Source: Rhodospirillaceae bacterium (GTDB lineage Bacteria; Pseudomonadota; Alphaproteobacteria; Rhodospirillales; Rhodospirillaceae). From it: a stretch of DNA of 64,000 nucleotides. This document shows positions 29,128 through 38,758 of the stretch, piece by piece. The position numbers were made by a program, and so were the translations under genes. The first letter of the stretch is position 1; every line of letters starts with the position of its first letter. The notes beneath the pieces were generated by a model. It was not told the origin of the DNA. It saw only the letters and a list, made by a program, of their open reading frames with translations, and did not search any database. The stretch is from contig SCTM01000153.1 in assembly GCA_004297485.1 (NCBI GenBank), positions 2,172 to 66,171 on the forward strand, in the 5' to 3' direction.

Positions 29128-29898
29128 ATGAACGAGGCCGACTCCAGTGTCGTGACATGCGTGTGGGTCGAGCAAAGCTACCAAGCACACCATACGCGCC
29201 AGCACGTAGGGCCACACATCGACGGCTGTCCCACATGCGCTGAGATAACGAGGCCGTTTTTTGAAGGGCTACGGTCTCTGTTCTCTACAGCCGCCGCATC
29301 ATTTCAATTGGAGGCTTCAAGATTCCGGGAAGGCGTCCTTTTGCTCTCAAGCGGGGCGTCACAGCCAGACACAACTGACCCCTCCACTGCCTTCCTGTTG
29401 GAACTGTCTCAACGTCTGAATCACGACGCTGCTCGCTACTATGCCTCGGCTCCTCATAATAGCCTGTGTGCGCTTATGTGGCTGCAACAGGCGTTCTTTG
29501 TATGTCGGGCGTTTGAATCGGAACAACTCATCGAGGGCGCGGAGCCATTTGAAGCGAAGCGGCCGCAAGTAGGGCCGATGCCGGTCCCTGACTCTGGTGG
29601 CCGAAGATGGGATGATGTGTCATCACCATCAACGATGATTGGGGAAAATCTCCAACACGGGACTTTCACTTTTAATTTTGAATTCCACGAACGCTTTCTT
29701 CGCGAGGTCGAGAAGGGAAAGTTCGTTCACGCACTCGTTTTAACCTGTGATCCGGCAAAGCACGGCGTAATGAGTCCCCTGCTCAACCTCGCGATGACTG
29801 CTCATGTCGAACAAATATACGCATTGGGGCTCGATGCTGCATCTTTGGCGCTTCGGGCGTTTTGCACCAAACACAAATTCCAACCCAGCGCCATATGA
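29128..29898 (+). CDS. Hypothetical protein, no recognisable family
   Basis: 256-aa ORF in lower-GC DNA directly after tRNA-Gln. Its stop overlaps the next gene's start (ATGA at 29895-29898). The N-terminus carries His/Cys residues (H..H.....H...CPTC). The start is unverified. Confidence 0.5.
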   Translation: MNEADSSVVTCVWVEQSYQAHHTRQHVGPHIDGCPTCAEITRPFFEGLRSLFSTAAASFQLEASRFREGVLLLSSGASQPDTTDPSTAFLLELSQRLNHDAARYYASAPHNSLCALMWLQQAFFVCRAFESEQLIEGAEPFEAKRPQVGPMPVPDSGGRRWDDVSSPSTMIGENLQHGTFTFNFEFHERFLREVEKGKFVHALVLTCDPAKHGVMSPLLNLAMTAHVEQIYALGLDAASLALRAFCTKHKFQPSAI

Positions 29899-32800
29899 CA
29901 CCAGAGCAAATAGAGACGAAGAAGCTTCTTACCCGAACCTTGGGGCAAGAATTCGCCACTCGATATGAGGATCTGTGCACGCTCAGCACGCCGCTTGCTT
30001 CGCTTCAGATCGATCTACCGCTTGCGACTCACGCGATGCGTGAAATGGAGTCAATGCTGCGCGGTATATTGCCGAAATCGGGACTTCCCGAACTGACGGC
30101 AGAAACGAAAGGTAAGCTGGAGCAGGCGAAGCGCCAATTGCTCGACTTGAAATTTGATAGTCAGCGAGTTCACGACGCGGTTAAGAGACTCTACGAGAAT
30201 ACACAACGCGCACAAATAAATGGGGTGTTGCGGGCACTCGATATCGACCAAGAAAGTGACACGGCTAAAGCGTGGCTTGCATTTGGGAAGCAGCAGGCCG
30301 GCCTTGCGCATAAGCGATCCTGGCGAAAACGGCTGAAGCTTGATAGCGATTTTTCGAGCGAAACTATCTTTCCCTTCTTGTCAGTCATAAGAGGGGTCGC
30401 CTTGGCATTCGAGGCCAAATACCCCTCATTTATCGCGCGGGTTGATGAATTGGCTTTAGGCCAGGATAAAGACGCAGCCATAGCTGAATTTGCCGAGAAA
30501 ATTCCGCATTCACCTGCCGTTGAATCGCGATTTTTCTCACGGATTGAGCCAAGTGGATGGTTAGGGCTCCTCAACAATCACGATTTTTATGCAGATCGGG
30601 GCGTAGAGCATCCTCAGTTTGATAAGTCTTGGAACCAGGGGACCTATCTAGCGCGAGTGGCAGCAGCGCCCGACGCCAGCGAACAATCCCTGGTATTGGC
30701 AATAGTGAAGGGCCTCGCCGCATCGGTTGATGCGGTGATCCGAGAAAACTGTCTTAAGGCGTTAATGGCCCTACCTGCTGCGGAAAGCGCTTCAGCAACC
30801 TTCATAGTCGAGGCATGGCTTGATAAAAGCCTGGATCGTGATGTTACGCGGCTAACGCTGCAGTTTGCACAGAAGCTCGCGAAGGGCCGCCAGTTCGAGC
30901 CTGCCATCAGACTGTGTCGAAAGCTTCTGCGCGTTTGGCGTCAGGGCGAGGGCTCTGATCTTGAATCTCATTTCGCGCCGCGTGGAATATATGAGTGGGC
31001 CGTACAAAAGATCGCTCCGGGTTTAATTGAGGGCGCACCATTACTGGCATTCGAGCTATTTTGTTCACTGCTGAGTGAGGCGGGGCAGGCTTCAAGGTTA
31101 TTCTCCGCGGACAGCAAACACGACCACAGCAACATATGGCGCAAAACAATCGCCGATAACGCGGACAACTCTCGGAGTGAGATCGGGGTCCTAATAACCG
31201 CAACACGCGATTCAGCGATGCAGCTGACGAAGGTTGCTGAAGCGTCTGAAGTTGTAAAATTGCTCAGCGCCCAGCCATACCCAATGTTTCGCCGAATTGC
31301 GCTTCATGTGCTCGCGAACGCCGGTGGGGCGAGCCTTGAACTAGCTTCATCTGCTTTGAGTGATATGGAGCTAATCGCAGATGCTACTTATGACCACGAG
31401 TACACAGCACTTGCGCGCGCCGCCTTCTCGCAACTATCTCCAGATGTACAGAATGCGATCATTAAGCAAATCGAGACTTCGTTGGAGATCATTACTCCCC
31501 GCTGGCGGGCTTGGTTTGAAAGTGAAAACAGTCGCCCTCCTACGGCCGAGGAGGAACGTAAATCGATGCTTGTCGCGCGGCGTGACAAGTATTGGGACTG
31601 GCGAGAGGCCCTTCCTACGGAGAAGAAGGCAGAGATCAAGGCTATCGCTGTAGAGTTTGGAGACCCGGAGCCGTGGCCGCCAGCCTTCATGCGGTTGGGA
31701 TCCGAAAGCCCTGTCACCCCAGAAGAATTGTCCGAGTGGCCTTCAGACAAGTTGTCGGCATATTTGGTCGCTTGGAGCCCAGACCGCAAAGAAAGGGAAA
31801 TTGCTATAAGTGGCCTTGAGCAAGCTGTTGAGAAAGCAGCTCGAGATAATCCAGTGCTCTTTGCACTCGCCGCTCAGGGGCTTGGTAATGCAGTACCGGA
31901 AATACATCGTTGCATCTTCGCCGGCTTATTGGCCGCCGCAAAGCATAATGAAAAATTCCCATGGAATGGTGTCTTGTCCCTGATTGAGAAAATAACTGAC
32001 TTAGTGTTGAACCTCCCAAACTCACAAATTAATCGACAGAATTCCGCCCTTGCGGCGGAACTGCTGAAGCTTGGCTTCATGACCCTGCCATGCCAAATGC
32101 CGTCAGAATTTGTGGATCGCGCGTGGGCTGCAACCGTCGCGCTCACGGGCGCTGTTCCCGCAGACGACACCGCCAATGATGAGGAAGGCGCGCGACACCG
32201 CCATTTCCGCGCCGCGCATACGACAGCGGGTACAGCAATAGAGGCCATGATTTGGTATGCGGTCCGGCGACTTCGTTACCCTGCTCCCGGAGACGCTCCG
32301 ATAGCTCTCTTCCAGGACCTTCCCGTCGGTCCTATCGTGGATGCACTCCTTGATGACAGGTCTTCGAGGGCAACACAGTGGAGATTGGTCGTCGGGGGCC
32401 AACTATGGCGATTAATTGAACTCGACGATCATTGGGTAACTACGCGATTAGGAAAACTCTTTCCGCCGGAGAACATCGCGCTTGGTGAGGCTATTTGGAG
32501 AGGGCATCTGGAAGGAGGCCGCCTGACCTCTAAGGCAGCCGCGTTGCTAGTGGATCAGTATAAAAGCGCCTCCACCAGCATACGTAGCGACGTTGCGCTA
32601 GAAGATCCTGATGGAGGTCATGATCGAATTTCGCGCAGATTGATCAATGATATTGCCCACGCATATGTGCTGGGTTTCTACAATGTGAACAGCGACAGTC
32701 CTGTAGATGCCATTCTTGCTCACGGCGATGATCCCGTTAATGCGGACATCATTTCGATCGTGGGGCATGCCGCCCAGGATATATTTAACCAGCCGGCTGA

Positions 32801-33278
32801 TCAGCAGACTTCAATCTCGATCGAGCGCGCCAGGAATTATTGGGTCCTTCGGAAAGAGACGTGGACTGGTACGCCACAGACTTATCAGCTGGAAGCCTCG
32901 AAGGTCGCTGAGTGGGTCCAGCACTCAGCCTTTGATTCAACATGGAGGCTTCAGCAGTTGTCATGTGCTCTTGAGAAGGGGGTATTGCTAGATTCGCCAT
33001 GGGATATCTTTCCTTGGCTCGCCGAAATGGCTGACGAGGACCCAGTGCAGGTTGTTGGAATCCTGTATGCAATGGTTACCCATCCCGCTGCCAATCAGTA
33101 TACAGTTAACGGGCCTGACGAAGACGTCGAAACCATTCTTAGCGCGGCTCTTGCATGCGGAGATGCCGCTGGAGTTCGCAAAGCAGAATCGCTGATAGGT
33201 GCACTGACGACGCGGGGAAATCTCTCTTTTCTGAGTATGATAAGCGGCGACCAGCAGACCTCTAGAGCACAGACCTAG
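29895..33278 (+). CDS. Large (1127 aa) all-helical, repeat-like hypothetical protein
   Basis: Uninterrupted 3.4-kb ORF in lower-GC DNA. The ATG at 29895 overlaps the upstream stop. I recognise no catalytic motif, and the Leu/Ala-rich composition suggests HEAT/ARM-like helical repeats. Confidence 0.65.
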   Translation: MTPEQIETKKLLTRTLGQEFATRYEDLCTLSTPLASLQIDLPLATHAMREMESMLRGILPKSGLPELTAETKGKLEQAKRQLLDLKFDSQRVHDAVKRLYENTQRAQINGVLRALDIDQESDTAKAWLAFGKQQAGLAHKRSWRKRLKLDSDFSSETIFPFLSVIRGVALAFEAKYPSFIARVDELALGQDKDAAIAEFAEKIPHSPAVESRFFSRIEPSGWLGLLNNHDFYADRGVEHPQFDKSWNQGTYLARVAAAPDASEQSLVLAIVKGLAASVDAVIRENCLKALMALPAAESASATFIVEAWLDKSLDRDVTRLTLQFAQKLAKGRQFEPAIRLCRKLLRVWRQGEGSDLESHFAPRGIYEWAVQKIAPGLIEGAPLLAFELFCSLLSEAGQASRLFSADSKHDHSNIWRKTIADNADNSRSEIGVLITATRDSAMQLTKVAEASEVVKLLSAQPYPMFRRIALHVLANAGGASLELASSALSDMELIADATYDHEYTALARAAFSQLSPDVQNAIIKQIETSLEIITPRWRAWFESENSRPPTAEEERKSMLVARRDKYWDWREALPTEKKAEIKAIAVEFGDPEPWPPAFMRLGSESPVTPEELSEWPSDKLSAYLVAWSPDRKEREIAISGLEQAVEKAARDNPVLFALAAQGLGNAVPEIHRCIFAGLLAAAKHNEKFPWNGVLSLIEKITDLVLNLPNSQINRQNSALAAELLKLGFMTLPCQMPSEFVDRAWAATVALTGAVPADDTANDEEGARHRHFRAAHTTAGTAIEAMIWYAVRRLRYPAPGDAPIALFQDLPVGPIVDALLDDRSSRATQWRLVVGGQLWRLIELDDHWVTTRLGKLFPPENIALGEAIWRGHLEGGRLTSKAAALLVDQYKSASTSIRSDVALEDPDGGHDRISRRLINDIAHAYVLGFYNVNSDSPVDAILAHGDDPVNADIISIVGHAAQDIFNQPADQQTSISIERARNYWVLRKETWTGTPQTYQLEASKVAEWVQHSAFDSTWRLQQLSCALEKGVLLDSPWDIFPWLAEMADEDPVQVVGILYAMVTHPAANQYTVNGPDEDVETILSAALACGDAAGVRKAESLIGALTTRGNLSFLSMISGDQQTSRAQT

Positions 33279-34008
33279 TCACAGCGACTCCTGCACCACA
33301 CAGAGCCTTGATCTCTTCAAGATATTTGGGGTCAGAAAGCGGGTGCACAACCACCTGGTCAATAAGCCCTGCCAAATCGAGTGGGGGCGCTAAGAATCGA
33401 AGCGACGGGTTGGCAATCTGTTCAAAGTGATTCTCGCGTGCCTCTTTTACCCAAGGAGCATCCTCTGGCCCCGCAACATCAGCCATCGCACGCAGCTCCT
33501 GCTCCCATTCAAAGTCGGGGCGGTGCTTGTGCATGACTCGTTCATAGAGATTCATGCCCTCAATGCGTTGAGAGCCATAATCGATATAATTAACCAGGCC
33601 CAGATTTACGAACGATGGAAGGGATGCTCTGAGACGAGCGTAGGACGACCGAATGGCGATGGAACGCGGTGAAGCCGTATATTCCTTCCACATGCGTTCA
33701 TTTTCATCATTGCGTATTGTCCAACAATTCACGAACCAATGTTCGCGCCATGTCTGAACGAAACGAGCCATGAAATCCCTGTTATGGGTATAGACTGATT
33801 GTTCCGTCGCTGAAGTGGCATCGCGTATTTTAAGATCCCACCATGCGGTCTCGCCGACCGGCACAGAACCCTCAAGTTTGTCCGTGAGGTCTGGAAGGCG
33901 CGTCATCCATAGACGCTTCTCCGTCAGCAGCCACTCCAGCTTGAAATGGTCCATGTACCGCCAAATGACAGTGTCTGGATGGAGTGCCTTAAACGCTGGA
34001 TGATCCAT
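33262..34008 (-). CDS. DUF2971-like protein
   Basis: VIWRYMDHFKLEWLLTEKRLWMTRLPDLTDKLEGS and VNCWTIRNDENERMWKEYTASPRSIAIRSSY match the two hallmark DUF2971 blocks as I remember them. Convergent with the 1127-aa gene, overlapping it by 17 nt. Confidence 0.55.
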   Translation of the reverse strand: MDHPAFKALHPDTVIWRYMDHFKLEWLLTEKRLWMTRLPDLTDKLEGSVPVGETAWWDLKIRDATSATEQSVYTHNRDFMARFVQTWREHWFVNCWTIRNDENERMWKEYTASPRSIAIRSSYARLRASLPSFVNLGLVNYIDYGSQRIEGMNLYERVMHKHRPDFEWEQELRAMADVAGPEDAPWVKEARENHFEQIANPSLRFLAPPLDLAGLIDQVVVHPLSDPKYLEEIKALCGAGVAVTRSVL

Positions 34009-34030
34009 GATTGAGTGATGCGGTCTTAGT

Positions 34031-34273
34031 TCAGAGTATGAGAGCGCCGCTATTACTTAACTCAAATCGTAGCAGCCTGATCTCAAGCAAGCGCAACGCC
34101 TCTTGGAATTCAGAATGGACAATTTGGTCTTTAGGCAAGACAACGAATCTCTCACATGGCTCATGTCTGCCGTGAGTTAGAACTTGGCCGATAGCTTTAT
34201 AAATATCGTCGCGAGAACAGCTCGTTTTCACCTCATATACCTCGACAAGCACCTTGCGCTGAGTAACGCCCAT
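34031..34273 (-). pseudogene. Truncated PD-(D/E)xK-nuclease-like ORF
   Basis: GID-x10-EVYEVK looks like the D...ExK core. The reading frame stays open for 37 more codons upstream, up to the in-frame vapC stop codon, with no usual start codon. This suggests an N-terminally truncated gene. Confidence 0.35.
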
Positions 34274-34384
34274 ATCAATTCCAATATCTTTTACGATCTT
34301 GGCTGAAGCAGGAAGCCCTTGCCCGCGCCTCCACGTGTTCAGTGCATCAACAACCTCTCCATGGCGCGATACATAGCACCACCG

Positions 34385-34771
34385 TTATGAATACCTTACG
34401 TCCGTCTTTGAAAAATCGGCGCCCTTGAAAAGAAGAGTCTCATCGCGACTGATCGCAAGCGCGTAAGAAAAGCAATCGCCATAGTTGATGCCCGCGGCGT
34501 GGCGGCCTTTGCCAAATTGGCGCCAAGCACGACGCGCCAAATCCGCCTGTTCGGCATCGACCGGCACGATCTCCACGTCTGCGCGTTGGAGCCAGAGATC
34601 GAATTCCCTGCCGCCCGCATCTCCTAGACGCGCCTCGACGACAATCGCTGTTTCCAAGAATGTCCCAGCTGAAATCAGGCGAACCGGATCTTCTACGATC
34701 CGGCGTTCGAAATCCGCAGCTTCAGGTTCATTGAAGAGGATCGCGCTGATGACGGACGTATCAATGACCAT
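34385..34771 (-). CDS. vapC: Type II toxin VapC (PIN domain ribonuclease)
   Basis: [12 protein letters not shown]... with the conserved acidic residues (D4, E39-like, D..D, NYGDCFSYA). 128 aa. Overlaps the vapB stop by 1 nt (TAATG). Confidence 0.9.
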   Translation of the reverse strand: MVIDTSVISAILFNEPEAADFERRIVEDPVRLISAGTFLETAIVVEARLGDAGGREFDLWLQRADVEIVPVDAEQADLARRAWRQFGKGRHAAGINYGDCFSYALAISRDETLLFKGADFSKTDVRYS

Positions 34772-35028
34772 TAGCGCGGCAATCCGTGTTCGTCGTAACC
34801 AAGCACACCCTCTGGAGGCCGATCATCTAAAATGGGGAGTTTGGCGCAGCGCTCTCTAATCGCGGCAAGGTCCTCCAGAAGCAGGCGCTGCTTCCGAGGC
34901 GCAATTCCCACGCGCTGCAAACGCTCCTCCAATGCCTTTTTTGTCGCGTCGGTGATCGTTTCTCCCGTGCGGCGAGCGAGGTCGCGCGCCAGACGTTCAG
35001 TTTCCATATCCTTGATGCTGAGAGCCAC
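34771..35028 (-). CDS. vapB: Type II antitoxin, VapB family
   Basis: [33 protein letters not shown] is typical of the FitA/Rv0623-like VapB antitoxins paired with PIN toxins. Confidence 0.85.
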   Translation of the reverse strand: MALSIKDMETERLARDLARRTGETITDATKKALEERLQRVGIAPRKQRLLLEDLAAIRERCAKLPILDDRPPEGVLGYDEHGLPR

Positions 35029-35052
35029 CTTATGCTCCTTGGTTCCTATATT

Positions 35053-35066
35053 TCTACCTAGGTAGA
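35053..35066. promoter_or_regulatory. Perfect 14-bp palindrome TCTACCTAGGTAGA, candidate VapB operator
   Basis: Located 25 nt upstream of the vapB start codon, and self-complementary over all 14 nt. Confidence 0.5.
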
Positions 35067-35366
35067 TTAACAGAAGAGGCTACGAAAAACAATTCGAACA
35101 TTGAGGTTATGGCTGGCGAATCCTCAGCCGGCTCAAGCCGCGGATTTGAGATAGACCGCAGCTTCTAAAGTGAGCCGGAATGCCACCTTCGGAGCAACAC
35201 ATTTGGTCCGATAGGCGTCCACGAAGGGCAGCCGCAGCCTCATCCGGAACCACCCCTCGTTCCGCGCTTTTCAACCGGATACGAGGCCCGCGCATCGCGT
35301 TTCCGGCCGGCCTCGGATATTACATTCCGCTTGGCACACCATCAGACCTTCAGGTATCCGGGCCTA

Positions 35367-35894
35367 ATGGATTCTCCGACCTCTTCCGCCGACGAGCGAG
35401 TCCCGCAGGGCTTTGTTCGTATGGAACCTTATGGCGCGTTCCATGAGCTCGTCGGCCCGCTCTATGAAATGCGGCGCGGTGAACTCACCGTTGTCGGATT
35501 GCGGGTCGCCGCGAAGCATATCGCCAAGGGGCCCGGCATCCATGGCGGGATGTATTTCATGCTGCTCGACACGGCAATGACCCACGCCTGCGTGCGCGTA
35601 CGCCGCCCGGACGCCTACGTCGTCACGACCTCGTTTTCCAGCGAGCTTTTCGCCTCCGCGCGGCAAGATGACTGGATCGAGGCCGAAGTCGAGGTCATGC
35701 GCGCGGGCGGGCGGGTCATCTTCGTGAACTGCATCGTCAGGCGTGACGGCCCCGAGGGCGAGGCGCTGGTCCGCGGCAGCGCGACCTTCCAGATCGTCAA
35801 TCGTACGCTTCCCGCGACGGGTCCGGCCGGCGACGGGACGACAACCGCGTCGAAGCGTGATCTGCCGACGTCGCGGGCAAGAGACCGAACATGA
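35367..35894 (+). CDS. PaaI-family (hotdog fold) thioesterase
   Basis: GIHGGMYFMLLDTAMTHAC is the hotdog thioesterase core motif. ATG at 35367. The ORF-track start at 35331 is a TTG. Confidence 0.75.
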   Translation: MDSPTSSADERVPQGFVRMEPYGAFHELVGPLYEMRRGELTVVGLRVAAKHIAKGPGIHGGMYFMLLDTAMTHACVRVRRPDAYVVTTSFSSELFASARQDDWIEAEVEVMRAGGRVIFVNCIVRRDGPEGEALVRGSATFQIVNRTLPATGPAGDGTTTASKRDLPTSRARDRT

Positions 35895-37420
35895 CCATTT
35901 CAGAAAACACCTGGCGCACCCTCGTTACCGGCTTCCTGATGCTGGGCACGTTCATGCAAACGTTGGATACAACCATCGCCAATGTCGCTCTGCCGCACAT
36001 GCAAGGAACGTTGAATGCCTCGCAGGATCAGATCTCCTGGGTCGTGACCTCCTACGTCGTTGGCAGTGCGATCAGTATGTCGCTCACCAGTTTTCTGGCC
36101 GAGCGCTATGGCCGCAAGCGCATCCTGATCCTGGCGGGCGTCGGCTTTACAGCCACCTCGGCGCTCTGCAGTGCAGCGCAATCCATCGGTGACATTGTTC
36201 TCTTCCGGACGCTCCAGGGTTTCTGCAGCGCCTGGATCATTCCGCTTTCGCAAGCCGTGTTGATGGACGCGTATCCGCGTGAGCGGCAAGCACAGGCGAT
36301 CTCCTGGTGGAGCGTGGGCTCGACCATGGGCCCGATGATGGGCCCGACCCTCGGCGGCTATATTACCGAGCACTTCACCTGGCGCTGGGTGTTCCTGATC
36401 AATGTGCCGTTGGGGATCATCAGCGTGGCCGGGCTCATCTGGCTGTTGCGCGAGACCGACCGCAAGCCGGAAAACCACTTCGATATGATGGGGTTTGGAT
36501 TCCTTTCCTGTGCGCTCGGCGCGTTCCAGCTGATGCTCGACCGCGGCGAGACTTTGGATTGGTTCGGGTCGAGCGAAATCGTCATCGAAGCCATCATCGC
36601 CGTGTCGGGCCTGTATTTTTTCCTGGTGCACATCTTTACGTCATCGCGGCCGTTCATTGATCTGCGAATCTTTAAGGATTGGAATTATCGTGTCGGCCTT
36701 GTGCTCCTGTTCTTCGCCAGCGCCTTGCCGATGAGCACAATGGTGCTGATGCCGTTGCTGATGCAGAACGTCATGGGCTACCCGGTGCAGACGGTCGGCA
36801 TTCTGATGGCACCGCGCGGATTCGGCACCATGGTCGCGACCTGGGTGTCGATCCGGGCCAGTCGTGTTCTCGGTCCCCGAATCACGGTGGTCGTCGGGCT
36901 TGTCATGGTCATCATGACGCTCTCGACGATGTCGACGTTCACCGTCGAGACTCCCGAATCATTTCTTCTGACCACCGCCCTGTTCCAGGGCCTGGGCATG
37001 GGCCTGATGTTCATGCCGCTCAACCTGATCATGCTGGCAACGATCGACCGCCGCTTTCTAACGGCGATCTCGTCGTTTGCGAATCTCGTGCGCAGCGTCG
37101 GGGGCAGCGTCGGCATTTCCGTCTTCGTCACGCTGCTTTCGCAGAACATGCAGGTCGTCCGTGCCGGCCTGTCGGAGCACATCAACCCGTTCAGCCCCTC
37201 GTTGCAGCAGGCGGTGGGCCGAGCGGTGACGTCAAATCCCCAACTCGCGCTTGTCATGATGAACGGCGAACTCGACCGTCAGGCGGCGATGACGGCTTAT
37301 GTGGACGACTTCAAGCTGCTGATGATCATGACCTGCGCGCTGGTGCCGCTCATCTTCATGCTCCGCGGCCACAGCCAGAGCGTGGCGCCGGAGGCGGCGA
37401 CCGCCGTCGCCGAATCCTGA
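35891..37420 (+). CDS. MFS transporter, DHA2 (EmrB/QacA) family, 14 transmembrane helices
   Basis: LDTTIANVALPHMQGTLNASQDQISWVVTSY is the DHA2 signature. ATGA overlap with the thioesterase gene. Confidence 0.88.
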   Translation: MTISENTWRTLVTGFLMLGTFMQTLDTTIANVALPHMQGTLNASQDQISWVVTSYVVGSAISMSLTSFLAERYGRKRILILAGVGFTATSALCSAAQSIGDIVLFRTLQGFCSAWIIPLSQAVLMDAYPRERQAQAISWWSVGSTMGPMMGPTLGGYITEHFTWRWVFLINVPLGIISVAGLIWLLRETDRKPENHFDMMGFGFLSCALGAFQLMLDRGETLDWFGSSEIVIEAIIAVSGLYFFLVHIFTSSRPFIDLRIFKDWNYRVGLVLLFFASALPMSTMVLMPLLMQNVMGYPVQTVGILMAPRGFGTMVATWVSIRASRVLGPRITVVVGLVMVIMTLSTMSTFTVETPESFLLTTALFQGLGMGLMFMPLNLIMLATIDRRFLTAISSFANLVRSVGGSVGISVFVTLLSQNMQVVRAGLSEHINPFSPSLQQAVGRAVTSNPQLALVMMNGELDRQAAMTAYVDDFKLLMIMTCALVPLIFMLRGHSQSVAPEAATAVAES

Positions 37421-37441
37421 CACGACGCCACCGCCGCGGGC

Positions 37442-38758
37442 TTAAGCCGCCTCCGGGTGCACTTTAGCGAACATGTTGATGACGTCGCCGGAGGTCACCG
37501 GCCGCAAACGCTCACCCGGTGCCAGCGGCGCCGCGCCGCCGGACGAACGCGGCGTGATGTCAACCTTCGCCTCGGCCGCCTTGGCGCGCAAAGCGCCGAC
37601 GGTGAGATCTTCCCGCCGATGGTATTTAAACGGATCGAACCTGAAGAAGCGCATCGCGTTGCGATGGGTGACCTTGTCGATCTGAGCGTCGGTGAGATGT
37701 TTTACGCTTTTCCAGAGGACCTCCGGAACCTCGGGCCAGAGGCAATCGGAATGCGGATAATCGCATTCGTAGGCGACCATGTCTTCGCCGATGGCACTCA
37801 GATTTGTCAGGCCGAACGCATCGTCGATAAAGCAGTTCATGAAATGCCGGCGGAAGATGTCGCTCGGCTTCCGGTTCGCCAGGTGCGAGTGCGTCCAGGC
37901 TTGGTGGCGCCAATGGCTGAAGTCCGCCCGCTCCATGAAGTACGGCACCCAACCGATGCCGCCCTCCGAGAGCGCGATCTTCAGGTTGGGATAACGATCG
38001 AACGCCTCCAGATGCACCCAGTCCGCCGCGCCGACCGAAATCGACATCGGCATCGTCGTGATCCACGCTTCGATCGGCGTTTCCATCGAGGCATGCGGCG
38101 CGGGGTTGCCGGCACCGATATGCAAACAGATCGTCATGTCGTGGTCGGAGATCGCTTTCCAGAACGGCTCCCAATAGGCGTTATGAATGCTGGGCAGCCC
38201 CTGTTTGGTCGGGTTCTCGTTAATTGAGACCGTATTGCAGCCCTTGGCCGCGACACGCTTGATCTCGGCAACGGTTTCCAGCGGATTCCACACCGGCAGA
38301 ATGGCACACGGTATGAATCGGCCGGGATAGGCACCGCACCATTCGTCGATATGCCAGTCGTTATAAGCCTTCAGGTGGATGAGCGCCTGCGCCTTGTTTT
38401 CAACCTTCGCGAACAGGCCGCCATCGAAGCCGACGAAGCTGCCGAAATTGAGCGAAGCCGCGATGCCGTTGACATTCATGTCGCCGATGCGGGCGTGGAC
38501 GTCGTAGCAACCCTCGCGGAGCTGAGAGAGTGCGGTCGGCTCCATGCCGTATTCCTCGAGCGGACGGCCGGTGACCGAATTCATCGCCACATTGCCGGCC
38601 TTTATCCCCTGATACTCCCAGAAATTCGTGCCCGCCTTGGTGGTCCGCAGCTTAGGCGCGGTCGCGAGAGCCTCACCCGACAGCTGATTGTCGAACACGG
38701 TTGGCGGTTCGGTGATGTGATCGTCGACGCTGACAATCAGCAGATCGTTCATGTTCAT
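37442..38758 (-). CDS. Amidohydrolase-2 (ACMSD-like) family metal-dependent hydrolase
   Basis: N-terminal VSVDDHITEP metal-binding motif, with later H and D residues spaced as in PF04909 proteins. Confidence 0.75.
   Translation of the reverse strand: MNMNDLLIVSVDDHITEPPTVFDNQLSGEALATAPKLRTTKAGTNFWEYQGIKAGNVAMNSVTGRPLEEYGMEPTALSQLREGCYDVHARIGDMNVNGIAASLNFGSFVGFDGGLFAKVENKAQALIHLKAYNDWHIDEWCGAYPGRFIPCAILPVWNPLETVAEIKRVAAKGCNTVSINENPTKQGLPSIHNAYWEPFWKAISDHDMTICLHIGAGNPAPHASMETPIEAWITTMPMSISVGAADWVHLEAFDRYPNLKIALSEGGIGWVPYFMERADFSHWRHQAWTHSHLANRKPSDIFRRHFMNCFIDDAFGLTNLSAIGEDMVAYECDYPHSDCLWPEVPEVLWKSVKHLTDAQIDKVTHRNAMRFFRFDPFKYHRREDLTVGALRAKAAEAKVDITPRSSGGAAPLAPGERLRPVTSGDVINMFAKVHPEAA

Noticed and set aside
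28706-29236. 176-aa minus-strand ORF, and the similar 38884-39096 ORF sharing the LLNS..FE.AAGGLGFEPRF peptide
   Set aside because: The shared peptide is just the reverse translation of the tRNA-Gln 3' region and its decayed copy. One of the ORFs overlaps a bona fide tRNA.
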